Of a stretch of 64,000 nucleotides of DNA, positions 53,767 to 63,903 are shown in pieces. The notes below the pieces were generated by a model. That model was not told the DNA's origin. It saw only the letters and a program-made list of their open reading frames with translations, and did not search any database. The first letter of the stretch is position 1; each line of letters begins with the position of its first letter. A program made the position numbers and the translations under genes. Origin of the DNA: a virus (Duplodnaviria; Caudoviricetes); IMG/VR virus record IMGVR_UViG_3300029288_000077, positions 64,001 through 128,000 of that record; one strand, given 5' to 3'.

Positions 53767-55851
53767 ATGTCTAATGCTCAAGCACTCTCAGGTCTTATCC
53801 TGCAGGCACTGTATTCAGGGAAACTGAAACACGGCTTTGGTGACTCTGAAGATAGAAGGATAGTTAATCATCCTAGAGTAATATACGGTCTGTCATCATC
53901 GGATCCTGAAATACCATATGTTATACCCAACGAAGCGTTTACACCTCGATTTTGTGTGTCGTTCGATTTTACCCACACGTTTACCACTGCTGGCATAGGA
54001 TTTAAAAGGCCGGTTTCTGAAGATACGTTGTATCGGGTTGGTTCTGATCTGTCTCGGTTTTTTAGATACTATTTTGAGTATGTATTGTCATACGGAAAAT
54101 CAAACAAAAAATCGGCAGAAAGTAGATTGGTAGACTGGAGCATAGGTGTTTATGAAGATGATTTAAATTTGTTTGTTAACTGGATGATTAATTTATTTAT
54201 ATCTAGTGTAACCACAAACTCCGCCATTCATCAAATTGGTAGTGCTGTTATTGAAATAAATGACAACAACACGTATAAATACAATAACAGGAACAGGCTG
54301 TTTTATGACACATCATTTAGTATACTGAGCCAATTGTTTGTCCCAATGGTGCCAGTAATGATTTGGGCCAAGGGCAGACTGTACCCCAATTACTGGTTCC
54401 CCATTTTCGATGGGTTTATCACTGCTCCCAACATAGCTACGCGTGGCGGCTTTCAATCCATTACACTGAACTGCAAAGATTCTCTTGAAATCGCCAGGAT
54501 TAGCACTGAGATGGTAAATCCATCCATTTTGCAAATAGAAGAAGTAAAAACACAACAAAGCATAAACATTTTCAACATGCCATTCTATGGGTTAGATCAT
54601 TTTGACATTTTTCTGACCATGTTTCATGGCGGGAAGCTGGTATATCACGCTGAAAAAAACAGGCTGGTGCCGTCAGACCCGGAATTTCACAATACTAGTG
54701 CTACCAACTTTTCTGCTCTTTTAGGCTTCAACCGCATAGACGATTATCAATCACGCCTAAAGCCACATGAGATAGCACAGACAAAGTATGCTATTCACAG
54801 AGATGATTTTAGCCTGAAAAAGGCCATAAAGCAAACTTCGTACACAGAAAGAAAACGCAACACCGTTATGTGGGGCAACAAAATTACTCCATACCGCATT
54901 TTGAATTATGCGGCCCCTAAGGTATATGAGGCCGAATTTTCTTCAAGACTTGAGGTTATGCAAAACGTAGCACAGATGACCTATTATGATTTGTACGTGA
55001 ATGGGTACGGCGATGTGTGTTACCACCCCATGAGACTGTCCAATGAATTCCTGAGGAACGAGGCCATTTACAAGTCCGGTGATCAAAACGCCGAAGAGTT
55101 CAAACAAGCATTTCCAGGTGTAAATATAATTGGACCACACGAGTGTACGTCTACTAACGAGCTGCTGAATATCGACGAGCTGACTACATTCTTGCGGCTT
55201 ACCGGCAAACATCCATTCTTTTCTAGTGAAGTAGCTGAGACGCTGTTACTGACAGGATCTGCTGTAGATGAGAATCTGTGGAACCGGTTTGGGTACAGAA
55301 GAAAATCTCTTACTAACCCATTGTTTAACATAAACGTCGAACTATTCACAAAGAACGGTAAAAAAGTTCGTTTTATGGACATGGCTGCTCGTATTTTAAT
55401 GAGCTTCATGAATGCAGAACTTCATACCCTATCATATAGTATGATTTTTAGACCTGAAATGCGGTTGGCATTTCCAGTATTGAACCCCTACACTTCAGAT
55501 GTATTTTACTGTCAATCGCTGTCACACAACATTACTGTAAACGGTGAAGCTACCACCACAATCAACGGTGGGTATGCACGCAAAGAGCGTGAAAGTCCAT
55601 CAGACTTATTTAGCTTCCTGGTGATGTCGCAGAGACTGTTTGACTTGAACGGGAAACTTCCTGTACCACCAGCCTCATTCAACGCAGAAAGTGTAAAAGA
55701 GTATTATGAATCAAACTTTGGAATTAGCAGCATGCAATTTATTAGTTGGCTAGATGAAATGGTGAATCAACAGGAGAAGTTTGAAGAATATGAAAGACAA
55801 AAATCGCGAGAAAGGTCGGTTGATGTGAACGCACAAGAGGTGATAGCATAA
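53767..55851 (+). CDS. Baseplate hub protein
   Basis: IFDGFI...ITLNCKD, SRLEVM...LYVNGYG, RFGYR, FRPEMRLAFP...FYCQSLSHNI. Confidence 0.75.
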   Translation: MSNAQALSGLILQALYSGKLKHGFGDSEDRRIVNHPRVIYGLSSSDPEIPYVIPNEAFTPRFCVSFDFTHTFTTAGIGFKRPVSEDTLYRVGSDLSRFFRYYFEYVLSYGKSNKKSAESRLVDWSIGVYEDDLNLFVNWMINLFISSVTTNSAIHQIGSAVIEINDNNTYKYNNRNRLFYDTSFSILSQLFVPMVPVMIWAKGRLYPNYWFPIFDGFITAPNIATRGGFQSITLNCKDSLEIARISTEMVNPSILQIEEVKTQQSINIFNMPFYGLDHFDIFLTMFHGGKLVYHAEKNRLVPSDPEFHNTSATNFSALLGFNRIDDYQSRLKPHEIAQTKYAIHRDDFSLKKAIKQTSYTERKRNTVMWGNKITPYRILNYAAPKVYEAEFSSRLEVMQNVAQMTYYDLYVNGYGDVCYHPMRLSNEFLRNEAIYKSGDQNAEEFKQAFPGVNIIGPHECTSTNELLNIDELTTFLRLTGKHPFFSSEVAETLLLTGSAVDENLWNRFGYRRKSLTNPLFNINVELFTKNGKKVRFMDMAARILMSFMNAELHTLSYSMIFRPEMRLAFPVLNPYTSDVFYCQSLSHNITVNGEATTTINGGYARKERESPSDLFSFLVMSQRLFDLNGKLPVPPASFNAESVKEYYESNFGISSMQFISWLDEMVNQQEKFEEYERQKSRERSVDVNAQEVIA

Positions 55852-56913
55852 ATGGCAATGTCTACGCAGAGGATTGTGTGTCCCGCAATAGTACTGGCGG
55901 TTCACCCAGAAGATAGACTTGTGGACGTGAAGTGGGCAGATGCCGAAGGTGGCAGAAAAGGCGTAGTGATGATTAATGACATGGGGTCTTACTCCATGCC
56001 AAACATAGGAGACTCTGTTCTGGTGCTTGGTACTGGTGTAGATTATTTTTGTGTAGGTAAAATAGAATACGGATACAAAGCCAAACTTAACGGAAAGCAG
56101 CGCGTGCAGGGATCTAGCACGCCTCTGAAGTATAAAAATGTTGGTCCGGGAGAAATCATAATCAACCACATACGCAAACTGTCATGGCTAAAACTTGCTA
56201 ATAGCGGCGACTTTTCGCTAATGAATGGATTCATTGAAGGATTTAAATATCTAAGAAGCATAAGAACAGCCCGCGTATTGGGTCGTACCATAGAACTAGT
56301 AGCTAATGGTGTTAAGATTGGGGCAGGTACGGTTATTAGAAATATACCAGGAAAAGGCGAACAGCCGATTACCGGGGAGTCTGGCGGAAAAGCTCTAGAA
56401 TACTACATACAGATAGCATATAACAGCATACAGTCAGTGCGTTTTCATTTGGGTGAGATTCGTGATATGACTTTGGGGGTAGTGCCGGAAGTAAGTTCAC
56501 TTGGTGGTAGAGTAAAAGCACTATTGGAGGTTACACAGGCCGCAGTAAGAATGGGATTCTTGGTTATTGATGAAGCTGGTAATGTCGAGCTGACATCAAA
56601 AGTGGCTACGACTGTGGTAGGTGGGACAGAGGTAAAACTTGGTGGTGTGGCTGCACAGGAGCCAGTAATAAAAGGACAGTCTTATTCTACTGCGGAAATA
56701 AATTTTTTGTCGAAGATGACTTCGTTTGTAACTGCGCTGCAGGCTTACATAACTGCTTGTTCTACAGAAAAGACAACGGCCCCCACACTGTTAACTGAAA
56801 CTGCTGCTAGTGCCGTTGCGTTTATGCCACTTATAGCTGAATTTCTGTCTGCTATTTCAGAATTCAACGGAAAGATAACACCGGCACTGTCTGCTGTAGT
56901 AAAAACTACTTGA
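55852..56913 (+). CDS. Baseplate central spike (gpV/gp5-like)
   Basis: N-terminal OB-fold (VLAVHP...VDV...MPNIGDSVLV), VGPGEI, VKLGG..A.EPVIKG. Confidence 0.7.
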   Translation: MAMSTQRIVCPAIVLAVHPEDRLVDVKWADAEGGRKGVVMINDMGSYSMPNIGDSVLVLGTGVDYFCVGKIEYGYKAKLNGKQRVQGSSTPLKYKNVGPGEIIINHIRKLSWLKLANSGDFSLMNGFIEGFKYLRSIRTARVLGRTIELVANGVKIGAGTVIRNIPGKGEQPITGESGGKALEYYIQIAYNSIQSVRFHLGEIRDMTLGVVPEVSSLGGRVKALLEVTQAAVRMGFLVIDEAGNVELTSKVATTVVGGTEVKLGGVAAQEPVIKGQSYSTAEINFLSKMTSFVTALQAYITACSTEKTTAPTLLTETAASAVAFMPLIAEFLSAISEFNGKITPALSAVVKTT

Positions 56914-57829
56914 TTGCAGACATTTTACTAACTACAAAATTTACTACTTCTGGAGATACTTCCATCTTTGTGCCTGCGGCTTGTCTGTGACCGCCACCAC
57001 CAAATTTATTAGCGATTTCTGATACATCTACATCACTTTTTTCAGTATATAGTGAAACCCTGTTTTCATCTGCGTTTACTATTATTACATAGTCTATTTC
57101 ATTGTGACTTTTCAGAAATTTGTGACCGGTTTCTGGTTGATACTGTGTTGCTAATATTACTGAATATCTGTGCCCGTTAGGATCACAAAAAACTGTAATT
57201 GGCGAATTCTTTTCTACTGTTCTGGTTATTTGTTCGTTCCTTCTTTCTCTGGTTGCTTCTATAATCTCTTTCATTTTCTCTAGATCTGCATTAATGTTGA
57301 TGTACATGTGTTTTACAAAAGAGTTAAACCCGAGTACCTGCAACAAATCATTTAATCCTTCTCCCCTAAATCTGTGATGTGACGATAATTTCCACATGTC
57401 ATAGGCATCAATTGCCTTTGAAAATATGTATTTGCTGTCTGACTCATTTATTTTTGCGTCATCGTTCTGAATTTTCATGCAAAAATTGTAAACAAGGGAT
57501 GTTGCACACCTATTTGGATTAAAAGACGACCCAAAATCATACTTTGAAAGCCACTTCTTTGTTTTGTGGTGATCTATAATCAATACCTGGTTTTTGTATT
57601 TGTGTGCATTTATTTGATCGCATACTTCAATAGATGGGCAAATGTCGGTAATCATAAGCAGAGTAGAATCGTCTAACTGCTCCAGGGCCTGCAATACATG
57701 CTTGTCTATCTTTTCGTATCCACACTGTTGGTATCTTGTTACGTTAAAAAATAATTTCAGCAATATCAAACACCCGGCACCGTCTAAATCTGAGTGTGTT
57801 ATTGCTATTACTTGTTTTTCGTTGTCCAT
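56906..57829 (-). CDS. DHH/DHHA1 phosphoesterase (NrnA-like)
   Basis: THSDLDG, ITD, IDHH, YDMW, FGGGGHRQAAG; GGAGG SD before ATG 57829. Confidence 0.9.
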   Translation of the reverse strand: MDNEKQVIAITHSDLDGAGCLILLKLFFNVTRYQQCGYEKIDKHVLQALEQLDDSTLLMITDICPSIEVCDQINAHKYKNQVLIIDHHKTKKWLSKYDFGSSFNPNRCATSLVYNFCMKIQNDDAKINESDSKYIFSKAIDAYDMWKLSSHHRFRGEGLNDLLQVLGFNSFVKHMYININADLEKMKEIIEATRERRNEQITRTVEKNSPITVFCDPNGHRYSVILATQYQPETGHKFLKSHNEIDYVIIVNADENRVSLYTEKSDVDVSEIANKFGGGGHRQAAGTKMEVSPEVVNFVVSKMSAIK

Positions 57830-57929
57830 GTGTTCCTCCATTACCTTGCCAGAAGTGGTACCGTATAGGACACGGTAGTCAACACAAGAATTTATTTTGG
57901 AGAGCGGCATGATTGTAAAATGGTATGCA

Positions 57930-58394
57930 ATGGCTTTTGCTGACATAGAGAATAAGGAGTGTTTGTGTGCGTGGTTGGCTGGATTGGGTGAACCACCAAA
58001 GCAGCAGCTAAAAACCTTGATTCAGGTTGCAAATGGGCTTATTCAAACGGCTAAGGCTGTATACATACTCATAAACACTGATTTTGAAGATCTGTTGAAA
58101 AAAGAGGCTTTAGAGAAGTTACTTGAAGTATATAAATTAGCCACAAAACCGCTAGAGATGCCGTTAAATTATTTGTCGGCGGTGACTGCCCCTGCGGCTG
58201 ATTGTCCACCAGTAGCACAAATTGCCGCCACTATGTATGATCTGAAAAATACTTTATTGGCACCAGTAAAAGATTTGGAAGAAGAAATAGAAGCATATAT
58301 TAGTTCCATAGAACAGTCACAGGCGAATTCTGAGTTTTTAGATATGTTGTCTAGTGTATTGGATGACATAAGCCAAGCTATAAATGAGTGTTGA
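57930..58394 (+). CDS. Helical baseplate-region protein
   Basis: Position; overlaps the next start. Confidence 0.55.
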   Translation: MAFADIENKECLCAWLAGLGEPPKQQLKTLIQVANGLIQTAKAVYILINTDFEDLLKKEALEKLLEVYKLATKPLEMPLNYLSAVTAPAADCPPVAQIAATMYDLKNTLLAPVKDLEEEIEAYISSIEQSQANSEFLDMLSSVLDDISQAINEC

Positions 58395-59127
58395 CATGGT
58401 AGATTATCAATCTGACCTAAAAGTGATACTTCCGGATGGCACTCGCTTCAGAAGTTCCATAGCCCTATCCCCCTCTGGTGACATACAACTTGTTACTGGC
58501 AGGGAAAAACTGATATCACAGCTCGTGTTTGCTATACTGAATGAAAATACGTTTCCTGAAGGGGTTGCAAATTCTAAGTCTAATGCACTAGGTGATTTGA
58601 AAACCGCACTGAATGTTATATTGAGAAGATTCAAGCAAAACCAAATAGCGTATGTGCAACAGTACGCTGATTCTGATTTTTTGGGTTTTGGTATTTACAG
58701 AAAAGAGGCTGGCGCTGATACAGATTATGCTAGAATTTCTAACCAAGCAGTAACTTGGAATTTTGAAGACACAGATGTATACAACGAAAAGGAGTATTTA
58801 TACGGAATCTCCAAATTATATAAAGGTATGCTAGAATCCAAGTATGTTGATGTATTTAGAATTGCTCCTACCTCTAACACTGAAAATGTTACTGTGTTGT
58901 CTGGTAGATATGCTGCCATTGTAAACGGCAATAAATCTGTGTCCATCTATGTTGACTACAATAAGACATTTAAAGCGTCAGAACTATTGCAAAACATAAT
59001 CAGAATACAGGCCACTTTAGTAAAGACAGACCCCAGAAGGGTGTTAATTGATTTGGTAATAGAGAATTACTTAGGTGAGCAAGTGTCGCTGTCTTCATAT
59101 GGCGCTGCTAATGCGTACGGTGCATAA
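58384..59127 (+). CDS. gp25/gpW-like baseplate wedge protein with inserted FN3-like domain
   Basis: GDIQLVTGREKLISQL...Q..Q and ELLQNI...TDPRRVLIDL flank GFGIYRK...FEDTDV...YLYGI. Confidence 0.65.
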   Translation: MSVDMVDYQSDLKVILPDGTRFRSSIALSPSGDIQLVTGREKLISQLVFAILNENTFPEGVANSKSNALGDLKTALNVILRRFKQNQIAYVQQYADSDFLGFGIYRKEAGADTDYARISNQAVTWNFEDTDVYNEKEYLYGISKLYKGMLESKYVDVFRIAPTSNTENVTVLSGRYAAIVNGNKSVSIYVDYNKTFKASELLQNIIRIQATLVKTDPRRVLIDLVIENYLGEQVSLSSYGAANAYGA

Positions 59128-59130
59128 ATA

Positions 59131-60549
59131 ATGGCTGCTATAAAATCAATACAAACTATGTTCGCAGAATTGAAGACCTATTTAAGAGCCAGATCTAAGT
59201 ATTTAGATTTGAGCGACAACAGCCTATTGAATGAGCTAATATTGAAGTCTTTTTCTGTCGGTGGAAAACTTATTATGGATCAAGTAAACAAATTCAAAAA
59301 TTTGCACATACTGTCCTTGACTACCGGATCTGATTTAGAAGACGAAGCTGGCAATTATTTATTGGAAAAGTTAAGCGGCAACTATGCAAAAGTGATACTG
59401 ACATTATGGACCAACACCAAGCCCACGAGCAATGTAGTAATACCGATAAGTACTCAGGCAAAAACCAGTGGCACAGCGTTTGTATCACCAGTAACCTTTT
59501 CAACACTTAGCGAATTGAACGTACCTGTTAGTGCTGTAGACTCGTATTTCTCATTCGACAGAAACAGGTATGAATTCAACGTGTTGGCGCAGTGTGATAG
59601 TATAGGCAGTGTGGGTATTGTTGGTTCGAACCTTGTAAATGAACTCATTACTTCGGTTTCTCAGATTGACAGTGTTACAAACCTGCGCGCTTCATACGGG
59701 AACAATCTAGATTCAGAGTCGGATTCTGGCTTGCAAGAGAGAATTCGTCTTGCCCGTGTGGGTAGAAACAAAAACGTGTTGAACGGCATCAAGAAAACGA
59801 TGAAGGATCTTGGATTTTTTGATGCTAATGTGGTGCGTCCTGGAGACACGTATTCAGAAAAAGCTACCGGAATTGACACTTTTGTGGTCGATACCTCCTC
59901 TGAAAAAGCTGAAGACGTGTTTGTATATGATCCATCGAATGTAAGATATTATTTTACCCACAGACCAATTTTGGAAGTAACTTCTGTAGTGTCCGAAATA
60001 AACGGCGCACTGGTAGCATCACAGTACAGTGTTACTATAGACTCAGACTCCCCTGTGAGAAGGAGCGTTGATGCGTTAGATTATATTGAGTTTTTGCCGC
60101 CTGTGTCGTTGGTTCCTGGATCTAGAATTACCGTCGTCTATAACTACGCCTCTGCAATAAAAAATGCACAAGATATAATAAATTTAGATAATAGCAAAGT
60201 TTTGACCTCTAATGTGTTGGTAAAAAGAGCGTACCCTTTATATCTATATCTGAATGCACAATTGACCTTGAAGGCAAATGCAGATGGGCCTACCACAAGA
60301 AACAAGTGTAAAAATGCATTAGCTCAGTTTATGTCTACGTACATACTTGGGCAGCCATTGCAAGAGAGTGATTTGATAGTAACCTTGCAATTGGGGTACG
60401 GAGATTATCCAATTGATACTGTAGACGCTGTTAGGATAAGTCAATTCTATTTACAAGATGAATATGGCAATAACTACCCATCAGTAAATGGTGTAATATC
60501 TTTGAACAAAAAGCAGCATGCAGTATACGGGTCTACTTCTATAGTGTAG
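59131..60549 (+). CDS. Baseplate J-like protein
   Basis: TGSDLE, AQCDSIGSVGIVG, VTN...DSESDSGLQERI, GIDTFV. Confidence 0.85.
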   Translation: MAAIKSIQTMFAELKTYLRARSKYLDLSDNSLLNELILKSFSVGGKLIMDQVNKFKNLHILSLTTGSDLEDEAGNYLLEKLSGNYAKVILTLWTNTKPTSNVVIPISTQAKTSGTAFVSPVTFSTLSELNVPVSAVDSYFSFDRNRYEFNVLAQCDSIGSVGIVGSNLVNELITSVSQIDSVTNLRASYGNNLDSESDSGLQERIRLARVGRNKNVLNGIKKTMKDLGFFDANVVRPGDTYSEKATGIDTFVVDTSSEKAEDVFVYDPSNVRYYFTHRPILEVTSVVSEINGALVASQYSVTIDSDSPVRRSVDALDYIEFLPPVSLVPGSRITVVYNYASAIKNAQDIINLDNSKVLTSNVLVKRAYPLYLYLNAQLTLKANADGPTTRNKCKNALAQFMSTYILGQPLQESDLIVTLQLGYGDYPIDTVDAVRISQFYLQDEYGNNYPSVNGVISLNKKQHAVYGSTSIV

Positions 60550-60555
60550 GTATAT

Positions 60556-61149
60556 ATGAATATCTGGTGGTGCTCACCTAACGGAAACAACGTCTTTGGC
60601 GTTGGAAGCAGGGAAAACCCGTTCCAAACCATCGAAAAAGCCTTGTCTGTGTTTCAAGATGGAGATCAGATTAGACTGCTACCAGGAACGTTTACTCCTA
60701 CAGACAGTGTGTTGATTAGTGGTAAAAGTGGATCTATATTTGCAGATGTACCAAAAGCTAGCTTTATACAGCCGCAAAAGACACTCAATCACCGGGCTGG
60801 GATAGCTGTAATAGATGCAGAAAGGTTTACTATAGCTGGCATAGTATTGTTACAAGCTTCTGACTCTAGCGGCAATTTGATGGGTATTTATGTTAATAAT
60901 ATAGAGAAATTTCTGTGTCTAACCTGCGATGTAAAGAATTTCACAGTTCCGTCTGGAGATGCTATTGGAATTTTTGCGTCTGGTGGTGGACGAGTAGAAA
61001 ACTGTACAGTAAGTAACTTGAACGGCGCAGGAAACAAAACTATTGGAATTTGGACTATAGGTATAGTGCCAATAGATTGTCACACAGAGGAATCTTCCGG
61101 TGTGAATTACTTCCGTGGGATGCTGATAGAGGGGTTAAATTATCCTTGA
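60556..61149 (+). CDS. Short beta-helix (DUF1565-like) protein, no signal peptide
   Basis: SPNGNN..GVGSRENPFQTIEKAL...GDQIRLLPGTF. Confidence 0.7.
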   Translation: MNIWWCSPNGNNVFGVGSRENPFQTIEKALSVFQDGDQIRLLPGTFTPTDSVLISGKSGSIFADVPKASFIQPQKTLNHRAGIAVIDAERFTIAGIVLLQASDSSGNLMGIYVNNIEKFLCLTCDVKNFTVPSGDAIGIFASGGGRVENCTVSNLNGAGNKTIGIWTIGIVPIDCHTEESSGVNYFRGMLIEGLNYP

Positions 61150-61760
61150 TAACTGCTTCTTTAATACGTGGTAATGGTTATTTGCCAGGAAATGCCTCTG
61201 TTGGTGGAGTGGTGTTCTTTAGCTTGACCGATAGCAACCCACAGAACGTGCTGTGGAATCTAGAAAGTGCACCTAATGGATCTGTGGCCAGACTTTTTAA
61301 TACGAACGGTGCAACCACCAAGTTGTTGGACATAGATAAATATGGCGTATACTTTGTAAAGGCAAAATTGTTTGTTGGTACCCCAACAGAAAAAGAGTAT
61401 TCCTATTCAGTATCGGTACCTCAAACTGTACACAACGTAATCCCCCCGGAACCGGTGTTTGAGGCAAGTGACCGGGTTAGAAACTTCAATTTTGAATTGC
61501 CCGGTGAATTTTTTGGGGAGGCACACTACTGGAATACAGAAGATGACAACGGCATTTTGTTTGGCGGGGGAGGTGCGACCCGTGGTAGAATTGAGCATCC
61601 TATTGGCTACGATAAAGATACTGGATTTATATTTTGTTTGGGGGATGATTTGAATGAGGAGTCTGTGTTCTACAGAGACACACTATTTTCGATATCGCAA
61701 GTTGTAGATTTTAGCAATATTGAAACACTAGAAATAGCATTGAAGTTTAGAAAAGGATAA
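61146..61760 (+). CDS. PKD/Ig-like baseplate-associated protein ending in a half beta-sandwich
   Basis: WNLESAPNGSVA...DKYGVYFV (PKD-like); TTG start overlapping the upstream stop. Confidence 0.6.
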   Translation: MITASLIRGNGYLPGNASVGGVVFFSLTDSNPQNVLWNLESAPNGSVARLFNTNGATTKLLDIDKYGVYFVKAKLFVGTPTEKEYSYSVSVPQTVHNVIPPEPVFEASDRVRNFNFELPGEFFGEAHYWNTEDDNGILFGGGGATRGRIEHPIGYDKDTGFIFCLGDDLNEESVFYRDTLFSISQVVDFSNIETLEIALKFRKG

Positions 61761-61764
61761 TACT

Positions 61765-63894
61765 GTGTCCACCCTCCCAGCATTTTATGTAGATAACATA
61801 AAGGTCATAGAAGACCGTACGTATGTTGTGCGTGGCAATGTCGTATCTAACTGCTATGGATCAGATGCAATTGGCATAGAAATAAAGAACTGCAACACAG
61901 TTCGAGCAAAAAATAATCGCACTCACAGAATTAGATCTGTGTTGGGTAACAGCATTGGTTTGAAAATAGTTGATTGTGAAGACGTAGTGTCAGTATACCA
62001 TGTATCTTCGCGGTGCAATGCTGGAGTGCATTTAGAAAACATAGAGAAACTATATTTTTATAACTATACGTCCCACGATTGTGACATTTGCGGCACACTC
62101 GACAACCCATCAGTGGTGTCAACATTAAGAAACATCAGTCTGTCGGTGTACGACAATGTGCCTATATTTAGAAAAGGATCTGGATTTGTGCTGTCATCAG
62201 GCAGTGTGCTTGACATTGATTACATGTACCACTACGGTATTGGTGACTTATATGTGGGCGGTTCTGTTACTGAAGGATCTAGTATAACATTAGACAAACC
62301 TATCTATGTTGATGAGGAAAACGACGATCTTACTCCGGACAATTTGTCGGTTTTGAACAATGCGGGTACGGACAACCCACTCTATGAGGCAAATCCAGAC
62401 ATAGGAGGAATAGAGAGTGAGGTTGTAGACGAACAAACCACAGACCAGGATTATTATTACAAGTTACTTGATAACACATTCTGGGACATAGGTAATCAAA
62501 GTGCGGTTGAAGTGTCGCTCATCAAAGCATTTCAAAGCAGGATTTTAGCTAATTGCGAGTTGGCTGTCAGTACAGCTAAAAGAGACTATTTTATTAAAGA
62601 CGCACAATCTTTGACTGGGTTTTCTGAGATATTTCCGTGTCAGGCATACTATTTCAACAGCTCAAAATTCAAAAAACGTGTGATGGATCTGTGGTTCAAC
62701 ACCATAAATCCTTCTACGTTGTATTCCATGAATTGTTCAATTGGTGGGTACAACCTGTTTCCATCATACTTCAAGAGAACTGAAGATGATATACGTTATT
62801 GGCTGCTAGGAAGCTCGGCAGTAAATATTGATAATATGCTTTCTAGTGTAGAAAATCTTAGGTATGGTATAACCATAGACGTGCTGGGTTTGTCAACTAT
62901 GTCTTCGATGGCTTCTGCAGAATGTTACAGCCATTTCAAGGAAACTGTGGCTGATGCCGGTCCGTTTGTGTGGACTATGCACAATGAACCACAACCCAGT
63001 GGCTATTTATTATTTACAGATATGTGGAACGACTTTGAAAGATGTACCCTAAATAAAATGTTCTACAACAATGATTTCAACATAAGTCCGGAGTCTGCCG
63101 AAGATTGTTCACTTGTTACCCCATTGTTGATTACAGGAGCAAATCCCATTTCTGGATCCGTAACTCTTGGGCCTGCTCCATCAGGCGGAGGAGATGTAGA
63201 GCTTTCTTTGTTAGACCGTATTTGGGGCGAGTCTCTGAACAGACAAGCCCATTACAGACTTGGGGATTCAGAACCATCTATGGGTTCGTGGAATGAATTG
63301 GACAATGTTATAGGAAAAACGATATCAATCAATAACAGATACATACAATTTCGAATAAACGTGTCCGACTTGAAAAGAAAAGATGATTATGAATTTATGG
63401 GATTGTGTTTACGACCACTACAAAACAGACGTGTGTGGTCAGAACCACAAGAATATACACAAAGTTACATAGAAATAGTGCCTGGCGAGTGCTGTTTTGA
63501 TAAGACCAATCCTCCTATTTTAGACGAGGGTGGTATTAGGTTCTCGGATGATGGTGTTCCGCATATTTGTGGATGGAGTTATTTTGTGCCGAAAGAAATA
63601 AGAGAGAGTGCGTCTGAACTTATTCTGATGATTTCTTCTGCTGGGTTGGGTGATTTGTATATGCAATATTCAATAATTACTTTATTGAATACCGGTTTTA
63701 TGGGTGCATCGTTGGTGTCTAATTTTATACAAAATTTCGATGGTGTTGGCTTCTTCAAAACCGTGAAAATAAATATGAGTGGCTTGTTTAATAATGCAAC
63801 TACGCATATTATACTATTGCTAACTCGTGATTCTACGAACATAAACGACACACTCAACGGAAATGCTACTATGTTGCTTGGGAAAATAGAATAG
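61765..63894 (+). CDS. Beta-helix plus baseplate wedge/fibre-attachment protein
   Basis: N-terminal beta-helix, DLTPDNLS...PDIGGIE, helical wedge-like middle, RYIQFRIN beta-sandwich. Confidence 0.6.
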   Translation: MSTLPAFYVDNIKVIEDRTYVVRGNVVSNCYGSDAIGIEIKNCNTVRAKNNRTHRIRSVLGNSIGLKIVDCEDVVSVYHVSSRCNAGVHLENIEKLYFYNYTSHDCDICGTLDNPSVVSTLRNISLSVYDNVPIFRKGSGFVLSSGSVLDIDYMYHYGIGDLYVGGSVTEGSSITLDKPIYVDEENDDLTPDNLSVLNNAGTDNPLYEANPDIGGIESEVVDEQTTDQDYYYKLLDNTFWDIGNQSAVEVSLIKAFQSRILANCELAVSTAKRDYFIKDAQSLTGFSEIFPCQAYYFNSSKFKKRVMDLWFNTINPSTLYSMNCSIGGYNLFPSYFKRTEDDIRYWLLGSSAVNIDNMLSSVENLRYGITIDVLGLSTMSSMASAECYSHFKETVADAGPFVWTMHNEPQPSGYLLFTDMWNDFERCTLNKMFYNNDFNISPESAEDCSLVTPLLITGANPISGSVTLGPAPSGGGDVELSLLDRIWGESLNRQAHYRLGDSEPSMGSWNELDNVIGKTISINNRYIQFRINVSDLKRKDDYEFMGLCLRPLQNRRVWSEPQEYTQSYIEIVPGECCFDKTNPPILDEGGIRFSDDGVPHICGWSYFVPKEIRESASELILMISSAGLGDLYMQYSIITLLNTGFMGASLVSNFIQNFDGVGFFKTVKINMSGLFNNATTHIILLLTRDSTNINDTLNGNATMLLGKIE

Positions 63895-63903
63895 GAATAA
63901 TGA

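Noticed and set aside
57830-57946. Long N-terminal extensions of the overlapping ORFs 56906..57946 (-) and 57897..58394 (+)
   Set aside because: Better starts at 57829 (with SD) and 57930 remove the overlap and leave a divergent intergenic region.
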